Of a stretch of DNA of 56,449 nt, positions 48,439 through 55,900 are shown piece by piece (within the stretch, counting starts at the first letter, position 1; each line of letters begins with the position of its first letter). The stretch is from Planctomycetota bacterium (GTDB lineage Bacteria; Planctomycetota; UBA1135; GCA-002748355). The notes beneath the pieces are model-generated. The model ran no database searches. It was not told the origin of the DNA and worked only from the letters and a program-made list of their open reading frames with translations. A program made the position numbers and the translations under genes. The stretch lies in assembly GCA_024278315.1 (NCBI GenBank), contig JAJRTL010000338.1, positions 1 through 56,449 of the forward strand. The letters are read 5' to 3'.

Positions 48439-48726
48439 ATGAAGACTGCGACCGGATATCTCGATCTCGATGCCAAGAAGCGACTCCTCAACCGACTGTC
48501 CCGTATCGAGGGGCAGATCCGGGCACTCAAGGCCATGGTGGAGGAGGAGCGCTGTGCAGACGACATCCTGGTTCAAGGCGCGGCGGCAAGGGGGGCTCTG
48601 GGCCAGTTCCTGGCCAAGATGCTGGAGGCCCACCTGAGGGACTGCGTCCACAACTGCATGGAAGGCGATCGGCTGCAGGTCTCGGAGCGGCTCATGAAGG
48701 CCGTCTCGACGGCGCTCAAGCTCTGA
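48439..48726 (+). CDS. CsoR/RcnR/FrmR-family (DUF156) metal-sensing repressor, C-H-C type
   Basis: LLNRLSRIEGQIRALKAMVEEERCADDIL...EAHLRDCVHNC, showing Cys...His-x3-Cys ligand spacing. Confidence 0.85.
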   Translation: MKTATGYLDLDAKKRLLNRLSRIEGQIRALKAMVEEERCADDILVQGAAARGALGQFLAKMLEAHLRDCVHNCMEGDRLQVSERLMKAVSTALKL

Positions 48727-48771
48727 GACACCGGAGCTCTCCAGAGCGGAACACAGGGAGGAGAAGCGATC

Positions 48772-48936
48772 ATGGACAGCGTGCAGAAGGAAGAAAAGCT
48801 CGGTCGTGTCGCTGTAACCGGCTCACTCCTGGCTGCCATCGAGGGTGGCGGCTATTCAGCAAGACTGGAGGGCCGCCCCACGAGTCCGCCCGCGGGCCAA
48901 CCCACCAAGCGTCCCACAAGTCGCCCTGGCCGTTGA
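48772..48936 (+). CDS. Small 54-aa ORF of unknown function
   Basis: Strong SD (GGGAGGAGAAG) 9 nt before the ATG. The product is MDSVQKEEKLGRVAVTGSLLAAIEGGG...; its stop TGA overlaps the TTG at 48933 of the merA frame. No recognisable MerT/MerP/MerC features. Confidence 0.3.
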   Translation: MDSVQKEEKLGRVAVTGSLLAAIEGGGYSARLEGRPTSPPAGQPTKRPTSRPGR

Positions 48937-48956
48937 GCAGGACCCGGAACGTAATC

Positions 48957-50393
48957 ATGAACGAGAAGAAGTCATCGGAACGTCCCTCCCACCTCGTCAT
49001 CGTCGGAGGCGGCTCGGCCGCCTTCTCCGCGGCCCTCACGGCCGAAGGGCTCGGTCTCGAGGTCACGCTGATCAACGAGGGCCTGCCCATCGGCGGCACC
49101 TGCGTCAATGTGGGTTGCGTGCCGTCGAAGGCCCTGCTGCGCGCAGCCGAGAGTCTGCACCGCGCGCAACACACACCCTTCGATGGGATCGGTGCGAGTG
49201 GAGAGGTCACCGACTTCGCAGCCGTCATGGCGCAGAAGCAATCCCTGGTCGAAGGGCTGCGTCAGGTCAAGTATCTGGACGTCATCTCCGGCAAGAACAA
49301 GATCCGACGCGTCGAAGGACGCGGACGATTCGTGGCCAAGGATCGGGTGTCCGTGGAGACGCAGGAAGGCACGCGCGAGATCCAGGGAGATCTCTTTTTG
49401 ATCGCGACCGGAACTCGGCCAGCTTCACCGGCGATCCCCGGGCTCGACGAGGTGCCCTGCCTGGACAACGAGTCGGCCTTCGAGCTCTGTGAACTCCCCG
49501 AGTCAATGATCGTCCTGGGCGGTCGCTACATCGCGCTGGAGATGGCGCAGATGTTCGCGCGCTTCGGCACGAAGATCACGGTCCTGCAGCGCTCGGCCAG
49601 CATCCTGCCGACCGAGAGCGAAGCGCTGACGAGCGCGCTTGCTGGCTACCTGACCCAGGAGGGACTCGACATCCAGACCTCCGTGCGCATCGAGCAAATC
49701 GAGGAGGAGGGAGGGCAGATCCTGATCCGGGCGACACAGAATGGCGAGCCCAGGGAATACCGCGCCGCCAGGCTTCTGAGCGCGCTCGGCCGCGCGCCCA
49801 ACACCGAGGGCCTGGGGTTGGAGGAGATCGGCGTCGCGCTGACCGACAGAGACTTCGTGGCGATCGACGAGACCTTGCAGACTTCCCAGCCTGGGATCTT
49901 CGCCGCAGGCGACGTCATCGATGACCCGAGCTTCGTCTATACCGCTGCCTTCGAGGGCGCGCTTGCGGTGCGCAATGGCGTCGACGGTGCTCTGGAGAAG
50001 CGCGACTACACAGCGCTGCCCTGGGTCGTCTTCACCGATCCACAGGTGGCCGGCGTGGGGCTCGACGAGAAGCAGGCCGCCGATCTGGGGCTCGTGGTCG
50101 ACAGCCGGACCCTCCCGCTGGACCAGGTGCCGCGCAGCCTGGCAGCTCGCGACACCCGCGGATTCGTCCAACTGATCCGCGATCCTGAGCGGGATGTCCT
50201 GGTCGGTGGCCGGGTGCTCGCGGCCGAGGGCTCGGAACTTCTCATGGAGATCGCAATGGCCATCCGCTACCAGATTCCCGTGCGGGAGCTGGCCCGAAGC
50301 TTCCACGCCTATCTCACTCTCTCGGAGGCGGTCAAGCTGGCGGCCATCACCTTCGAGAAGGACATCAAGGAACTCAGTTGTTGTGCCTCGTAG
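48957..50393 (+). CDS. merA: Mercuric reductase (core enzyme without an NmerA domain)
   Basis: VIVGGGSAAF (FAD), redox-active GGTCVNVGCVPSK, and the C-terminal KELSCCAS vicinal Cys pair diagnostic of MerA. An alternative TTG start lies at 48933. Confidence 0.9.
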   Translation: MNEKKSSERPSHLVIVGGGSAAFSAALTAEGLGLEVTLINEGLPIGGTCVNVGCVPSKALLRAAESLHRAQHTPFDGIGASGEVTDFAAVMAQKQSLVEGLRQVKYLDVISGKNKIRRVEGRGRFVAKDRVSVETQEGTREIQGDLFLIATGTRPASPAIPGLDEVPCLDNESAFELCELPESMIVLGGRYIALEMAQMFARFGTKITVLQRSASILPTESEALTSALAGYLTQEGLDIQTSVRIEQIEEEGGQILIRATQNGEPREYRAARLLSALGRAPNTEGLGLEEIGVALTDRDFVAIDETLQTSQPGIFAAGDVIDDPSFVYTAAFEGALAVRNGVDGALEKRDYTALPWVVFTDPQVAGVGLDEKQAADLGLVVDSRTLPLDQVPRSLAARDTRGFVQLIRDPERDVLVGGRVLAAEGSELLMEIAMAIRYQIPVRELARSFHAYLTLSEAVKLAAITFEKDIKELSCCAS

Positions 50394-50433
50394 AACGCAG
50401 GCGCACAGTCATCCTGAACAGGAGCAGCAAACC

Positions 50434-51501
50434 ATGAAGAACCAGTCCATGACAGCCGCCGCAACGCTGCTCTCGCTGGCAGCACTTCTCCCGACCGGCC
50501 TGGATGCCCAGGCCACGTCGAAGAAAGCGGCAACCGAGGGGAAGTCCCGCATCATGACCGTCGACATCACCGGTATGACCTGAGGGATGGGCTGAGCGCC
50601 GCAGGTGCAGAAGGCCCTGCAGTCCCTACCGTGGGTAGGGAAAGTCCAAGTAGATTTCGAAAGCAAGACCGCCAAGGTCGAAGTCGAGAAGACTCGTTTC
50701 GATCCGGCCAAGATCATTGCAGTCCTCACGAAGGCCGGCTATGGCGGCAAGATCCAAGCCAAGGATCTCGCGAAGGCCAAGGCAATGGACTCCGTCATCG
50801 TTTTCCGCGTCCTTGGCATGAAGAAGGCCAAGTCGGGCGCGACCTGAATGGGCTGACCGGATGCGGTCACCGAGGCCCTGGATGGGTCTCACCAAAGCAA
50901 GAAGGTCACATGGGACTACGAGAAGGATCTCATCAGGATCGAGTACGATCCCCAGAAGAGCTCTCCGGAGAAGTTGGCGGCGATCATCCGCAAGCTGGGC
51001 TACAAGGTCGAGACCGTGAAACCTGCGGACTCGAAGAAAACGGTCAGCCGCAAGGTGGTCCCGCCAAGCCTCGCCATCGGAAACCTGGCCCCGATACCGA
51101 CGAAAGCACCCGACTTCTTCCGCGAGGCCTTCGCGCGGGCGCAGAAGAGCGGACGGCCAATTGTCATCGACTTCTGGGCGACCTGGTGCGCGCCCTGCAA
51201 GAAGCTCAAGCTGCTGACGCTGAAGGACCCCAAGGTGGAGAAGATCCTGGAGTCCGTAGAACTGATCTTCGTCGATACCGATACATACCCGGAACTGGCA
51301 AAGGCCTACAGGGTGACGAGCATTCCGGACCTCCTCTTCGTCGACCGAACCGGCAGGATCGCTGACCGTCTCCGCGGATTCGAGAGCGCCGCTCCCTTCG
51401 TGAAGCGGCTGCAGAAACTTCTCGCGATCCGTCCCGCATCCCGCCTGACTTCCCGCCCTGCATCCCGCCCTGCATCTCGCCCTGCATCCAGACGACGTTG
51501 A
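50434..51501 (+). CDS. Secreted 2xHMA-thioredoxin fusion protein with four in-frame TGA codons at the metal-ligand positions (predicted selenoprotein)
   Basis: AGGAG lies 9 nt before ATG 50434. Signal peptide MKNQSMTAAATLLSLAALLPTGLDAQA. HMA1 reads ..IMTVDITGMT-TGA(50581)-GMG-TGA(50593)-APQVQKAL.. and HMA2 reads ..VFRVLGMKKAKSGAT-TGA(50845)-MG-TGA(50854)-PDAVTEAL... A Trx domain follows (FWATWCAPCKK, Cys codons at 51187 and 51196), then an (SRPA)n tail. The three track ORFs 50194-50583, 50605-50847 and 50974-51501 are all in one frame. Confidence 0.8.
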
Positions 51502-51672
51502 ACGGGAATCTCGCAGGTGGGTCGCCATCTTCTCCAAGCGCGAGTCTCGACTCTGGCCACTCGCGAGCACGGTATCCGGACGAGCGGATCGATCGGTCAT
51601 GGAGAGGGAGCAGGTGAGAGTTTCCACAACTCATTGCTTCGGACCGCCCGCCCCTCCCTTATCCTGGCCACC

Positions 51673-52467
51673 ATGAAAGTCCATCCAACTTCCATGATCG
51701 CCGAGGGCGTGGAGCTGGGTGCCGATGTCGAGGTCGGCCCCCACGCCATCATCGAAGAGGGCGCGCGCATCGGTCGGGCTTGCCAGCTGGCCTCCTACGC
51801 AATCGTCCGAGCGAACTCCGTGCTCGGCGAAGGGGTCAAGCTCGACAGCTTCGCCGTCGTCGGAGGTGAGCCCCAGATGGCCGGGTTCGATCCCATCACC
51901 CGCTCCCACGTGGAGATTGGCAATGGCACGATTCTCCGAGAAGGGGTCACGGTGCACCGGTCCAAGGACGAACAGGGAGTGACCCGCGTCGGGGCCCACT
52001 GCTTTCTGATGGGCCAAAGCCATATTGGTCATGACTGCAGAGTGGAGGATCATGTCACACTTGCCAACCACGCCCTGCTGGCTGGACATGTCAGCATCGG
52101 CACACACACCTTCGTTGGCGGCGGGGCCGCCATCCATCAGTTCTGCCGCATCGGCGAGGGTGTCATGATCGGAGGCAACACGTCCATCATGTCGGACATC
52201 CCCCCATTCACACTGGTCGCCCGTTACAATCGGCTCTACGGCCTCAATCTCGTCGGACTCCGGCGACGGGATTACTCGCGAGAGGAGATCCGCGACCTCA
52301 AGGACTGCCTGTTTCGCATCTTCCAATCCCAGGCAGGCTCTCCCCACAAGCTAGCCAAGATGGCTCTTGAGAATGGAGAGTTCGGCCAAACAGCTCCAGG
52401 CAGACGTTTCCTCGAGTTCATCATCGAGAGCAAGCGCGGCTATGCGCGCCCCGCCAACCGCGAGTAG
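51673..52467 (+). CDS. lpxA: Acyl-ACP--UDP-N-acetylglucosamine O-acyltransferase
   Basis: Left-handed beta-helix hexapeptide repeats plus the LpxA C-terminal helical domain (...NRLYGLNLVGLRRRDYSREEI...). Confidence 0.9.
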   Translation: MKVHPTSMIAEGVELGADVEVGPHAIIEEGARIGRACQLASYAIVRANSVLGEGVKLDSFAVVGGEPQMAGFDPITRSHVEIGNGTILREGVTVHRSKDEQGVTRVGAHCFLMGQSHIGHDCRVEDHVTLANHALLAGHVSIGTHTFVGGGAAIHQFCRIGEGVMIGGNTSIMSDIPPFTLVARYNRLYGLNLVGLRRRDYSREEIRDLKDCLFRIFQSQAGSPHKLAKMALENGEFGQTAPGRRFLEFIIESKRGYARPANRE

Positions 52468-52642
52468 ACGGGGCCCATCAGGCTAGCCCGAACGATTCAT
52501 GACCTCGATGCGCCTGACCGCGCCTTTCAGTCCAGGACCGCGAACCTATCGGTTCGCTCGGCATGGCTTCGATTCGACGCCCCTCTTGAGTCGCCTCATA
52601 TCTCGCGCAGCCGTCCTGAACTCGAAATGCGCTCGTCAGACC

Positions 52643-52679
52643 ACAAATGCGATATCGGCTGCGCCGCTCTCGCATTTGT
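52643..52679 (-). terminator. 10-bp perfect hairpin between the convergent lpxA and hflX genes (candidate terminator)
   Basis: acaaatgcga (52643-52652) pairs with tcgcatttgt (52670-52679), with a 17-nt loop. It sits 28 nt past the hflX stop and has no U-tract. Confidence 0.3.
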
Positions 52680-52706
52680 TCACAACGATCTCATGAATCA
52701 TCCGGG

Positions 52707-54068
52707 CTAGATCGGACTCGTCTCCATGCGCTCCACACCCTTGGCTTCGAGAGCGGCGAGGACCTCGGGAGTGATCCGGACCTTGAAGCAGGCCCGCTCG
52801 GAACTGAAGTGCGTCTCGATGACGGTAGCGAGCTTGCGCAACTGACCCTGCAAGTCTCCGCGGGCGTGTGGCATCGACAGCCAGTACTCGCTGGAGAATC
52901 TGTCCAGGTGCGCCAGGACGGCGACACGAAGTTCGTCCATGCCCTCGCCTGTGCGAGCCGAGACGGCAAGGCTGTCGGGAAATCGCCTCTGGATGACCAG
53001 GATGTGCTCCGCATCGGGTAAGCGATCGATCTTGTTGAGGATGACCTGCGTCTCCTTGCCGCCTGCACCGATGTCCTCCAGGACTTCGAGGACGGTATCC
53101 GCTTGATCGAGTGCCTCGGGATCCGAAGCATCCACGACGAGGAGAAGCAGGTGCGCATCGAGCGCCTCGGCGAGCGTGGCGTGGAAGCTTGCCACGAGGT
53201 GGTGAGGAATACTCCGGATGAAGCCGACCGTATCGGACAACAGAGCGAAACGTCCCTCTCCCATGTCCCAGCGCTTGGTGCGTGTGTCGAGGGTGGAGAA
53301 AAGCCGGTTCTCCTCCAGCACGCCCGCCCCGGTCAGGTGGTTCATGATCGTGGACTTGCCCGCATTGGTGTAGCCGACGAGCGACACCAGGAACTCGCGG
53401 CTGCGCGCCTCGATCTCGCGCTGCTTGCGCGCTTCGATCTCGGTGAGCTTGTTCTGGAGTTTCTTGATCCGACTGCGCAGAAGACGGCGATCGACCTCGA
53501 TCTGCTTCTCTCCCATGCCCCCCATCGCGCCGATACCGCCGCGTTCGCGATGCAGGTGGGTCCAGAGCCTTCTCAACCGGGGGAGCTCATAGCGTCGACG
53601 CGCCAGCTCGACCTGGAGCCTGGCCTGGTTGCTCTTGGCGTTGCTCTCGAAGATAGAGAGGATGAGTTCGCTGCGATCCACCACGCGAATCCCCTCCAAG
53701 GCCTTCTCCAGGTTGCGCGCCTGCGTTGGGCTCAGCTCCTCGTCCACTACCACGAGGTCGGCCTTGACTTCGCTCACGAGTTCGGCGAGCTCCTCGGTCT
53801 TGCCCTTGCCCAGATAGTGCGAAGGAGACGGGCTGGTTCTTACCTGCACAAGCTCTTCGACGACCTGGATGCCGGCCGTATCGCAGAGGCTGGCCAACTC
53901 CGCGAAGAGATCATGATCTGGCTTCTTGCGCGAGACGAAGACCAGGACAGCACGGGGCGTGTCGAGGCCGGTCTCGATGAGCTCCGATCGCTGCTGGCGA
54001 GGAGCCTCCTCGTTCTGCTCTTCGGGTTTCCCCACGGGTGTATCTTCCTTTTGGCGACGCGGGCACAT
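52707..54068 (-). CDS. hflX: GTPase HflX
   Basis: HflX N-domain (LILSIFESNAKSNQARLQVELARRRYELPRL), G1 GYTNAGKST and G4 NKID. ATG 54068 lies immediately after the nadB stop. Confidence 0.92.
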   Translation of the reverse strand: MCPRRQKEDTPVGKPEEQNEEAPRQQRSELIETGLDTPRAVLVFVSRKKPDHDLFAELASLCDTAGIQVVEELVQVRTSPSPSHYLGKGKTEELAELVSEVKADLVVVDEELSPTQARNLEKALEGIRVVDRSELILSIFESNAKSNQARLQVELARRRYELPRLRRLWTHLHRERGGIGAMGGMGEKQIEVDRRLLRSRIKKLQNKLTEIEARKQREIEARSREFLVSLVGYTNAGKSTIMNHLTGAGVLEENRLFSTLDTRTKRWDMGEGRFALLSDTVGFIRSIPHHLVASFHATLAEALDAHLLLLVVDASDPEALDQADTVLEVLEDIGAGGKETQVILNKIDRLPDAEHILVIQRRFPDSLAVSARTGEGMDELRVAVLAHLDRFSSEYWLSMPHARGDLQGQLRKLATVIETHFSSERACFKVRITPEVLAALEAKGVERMETSPI

Positions 54069-54069
54069 G

Positions 54070-55734
54070 CTACGACTTCTGCTCTTCGCGGCGAGTGCGG
54101 GTGTGACGGTTCCATTCTTGATCATCGCGATCCGGATAATCGGACCGGAAGTGCGTGCCTCGGCTTTCCTCGCGTCGCAAGGCCGAGGCGCAGAGAAGCC
54201 GCGACACGCAGAGCATGTTGGATAGCTCCACCCAGCGGCGCTCCTGCATGGGGCGCGAATGCAGGACCTTGGCCCAGAAGACGATCTTCTCGATCGCATC
54301 TTGCAGCGCACGCGCATCCCGGATGAGACCCGCCTGCCTCCACATGAGGCTCTTCAACGAGTAGAGCATGTCGTCCAGATTGAGGTCGGCGCTCCGTCCT
54401 GGATCGAGATGGTCATGCCTGGGGTGACAAGGCACTAGATCCTGGAGATCCACGAAGCCGGGAAGGTGACCGACCTTGGCGGCCTCTCGACCAGCGATGC
54501 GCCCCATGACGAGCGCCTCGAGGAGCGAGTTGCTGGCGAGACGGTTGGCGCCGTACAAACCTGTTGCGGCCACTTCGCCGCACGCCAGCAACCCCTCGAC
54601 CCCAGTGCTCGCGCACTTGTCCGTGCGTACACCACCGATCTGGTAGTGTGCACCAGGCCGAACAGGAATCGGATCCCTGTCGATATCGATACCGAACGCG
54701 GCACACATCCGGGCGATACCCGGAAAGCGCTGTATGGCCGAGATACCGCTCGCATCCAGAAAGACGTTGGTATCTCCCGTAGCCACCATCCGATCGAGAA
54801 TGGCACGAGACACGACATCACGCGGCGCAAGGTCCAGGTCTGGGTGCAGGCCGTCCATCACGCGTTGGCCATGACGATCGACCAGGCGAGCCCCAGCACC
54901 ACGCACGGCCTCCGAGATCAAGACGCGGGCCGCGCCTGCGATGTAGAGGGTCGTAGGATGGAACTGAACAAACTCCAGATCCTCGATGCAGGCACCTGCA
55001 CGCCAGGCCATGGCCACGCCATCTCCCGTCGCAATACTGGGGTTGGTCGTCTCCCGATAGAGCTGACCCGAAGCACCGGTGGCCAAGATAGTCGTCCCCG
55101 CCAGAATCAAAACGAGCTGCCGTGAAGCGTTGAGTGCCACAACCCCAATACAGCGATCACCTGCGGTCAACAGGTCCACGACGATCAGATCGGCACGTCG
55201 GTGGATCAATGTCTGGCGATCCAACTGGGCGGTGAGCGCCAATTGGATCGCCTTGCCGGTTGCATCTCCCTCCGCGCTCAGCACTCGAGGAAAACTGTGG
55301 CCGCCTTCCAGACTCAGCCCCTTCCCGATCGAATTCCCACTCGAATCGAAGACCACCCCCATACGCTCCAACCAGGCCACGATATCCGGCCCCTGTTCGA
55401 TGATGCTCTGCACCACGGATTCGTCCGCAAGACCGCACCCCACTCCCAGCGTATCCCCAGCGTGGTGCTCGAAATTGTCCTCGCGATCCACAGCGGCCGC
55501 AATCCCACCCTGTGCTCGATAGGTATTGGAAGTCTCGTCCACATCCTTCTGCAAGATGAGGACCTCGGCACCCGCCGCAGCAGCCTCCAAAGCGGCCCCT
55601 GCTCCAGCAGCACCACCCCCAACGACGAGAACCGGCCACCGCAGCACAGGTAGATGTCCCGGCTCGAAGGCAAGCAGATACCGAGAACCGGGAGCGGTTC
55701 GAAACTCGATGGCAGGAGCCAGTTGAGAGGCCAT
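54070..55734 (-). CDS. nadB: L-aspartate oxidase
   Basis: VLVVGGGAAGAGAAL (FAD), YRAQGGIAA, and HPTTLYIAGA..LISEAVRGAGARLV, the NadB/succinate-dehydrogenase-flavoprotein family with NadB length. Confidence 0.9.
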   Translation of the reverse strand: MASQLAPAIEFRTAPGSRYLLAFEPGHLPVLRWPVLVVGGGAAGAGAALEAAAAGAEVLILQKDVDETSNTYRAQGGIAAAVDREDNFEHHAGDTLGVGCGLADESVVQSIIEQGPDIVAWLERMGVVFDSSGNSIGKGLSLEGGHSFPRVLSAEGDATGKAIQLALTAQLDRQTLIHRRADLIVVDLLTAGDRCIGVVALNASRQLVLILAGTTILATGASGQLYRETTNPSIATGDGVAMAWRAGACIEDLEFVQFHPTTLYIAGAARVLISEAVRGAGARLVDRHGQRVMDGLHPDLDLAPRDVVSRAILDRMVATGDTNVFLDASGISAIQRFPGIARMCAAFGIDIDRDPIPVRPGAHYQIGGVRTDKCASTGVEGLLACGEVAATGLYGANRLASNSLLEALVMGRIAGREAAKVGHLPGFVDLQDLVPCHPRHDHLDPGRSADLNLDDMLYSLKSLMWRQAGLIRDARALQDAIEKIVFWAKVLHSRPMQERRWVELSNMLCVSRLLCASALRREESRGTHFRSDYPDRDDQEWNRHTRTRREEQKS

Positions 55735-55900
55735 GGGGAGAGCCTAACAGGCCCAGCGTTGGGATCAGACGCCTTTCCACACCCAAGCCAGACGCGGCAC
55801 CATCGGAAGAAAAAAACCAACAAAACCCGAACAGACACTTGCGCGATCCTAAACCTATCCCTACCTTACAAAGCCTGAACTCAAGCACAAGGCATCCCAC

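Noticed and set aside
48772-48936. The 54-aa ORF as a degenerate MerT/MerP-like protein (GSLLAAI... resembles the start of a MerT helix)
   Set aside because: It has no Cys or TGA pair, contains charged residues within the putative helix and has a Pro/Arg/Thr-rich tail. The similarity is too weak to call. I kept it only as a low-confidence hypothetical ORF.
50581-50856. Global reassignment of TGA (to Trp, Gly or Cys) as an explanation for the in-frame TGA codons
   Set aside because: TGA terminates many well-defined genes in this window, including rpoC, czcC, czcA, the ATPase, merR, mlaE, the CsoR homologue, the OMP and the fusion gene itself. Only context-dependent recoding fits.
50605-51501. 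Treating 50605-50847 and 50974-51501 as independent small genes
   Set aside because: Their track 'starts' are GTG/TTG codons without an SD. Each fragment would begin in the middle of an HMA fold (helix 1 without strand 1). All pieces share one frame with a signal peptide only at 50434.
52468-52706. Search for tRNA-Sec (selC) or another ncRNA in the lpxA-hflX spacer and other intergenic regions
   Set aside because: Only simple hairpins were found (52540-52557 and 52643-52679). No cloverleaf with a UCA anticodon turned up anywhere in the window, so the Sec machinery must be sought elsewhere in the genome.
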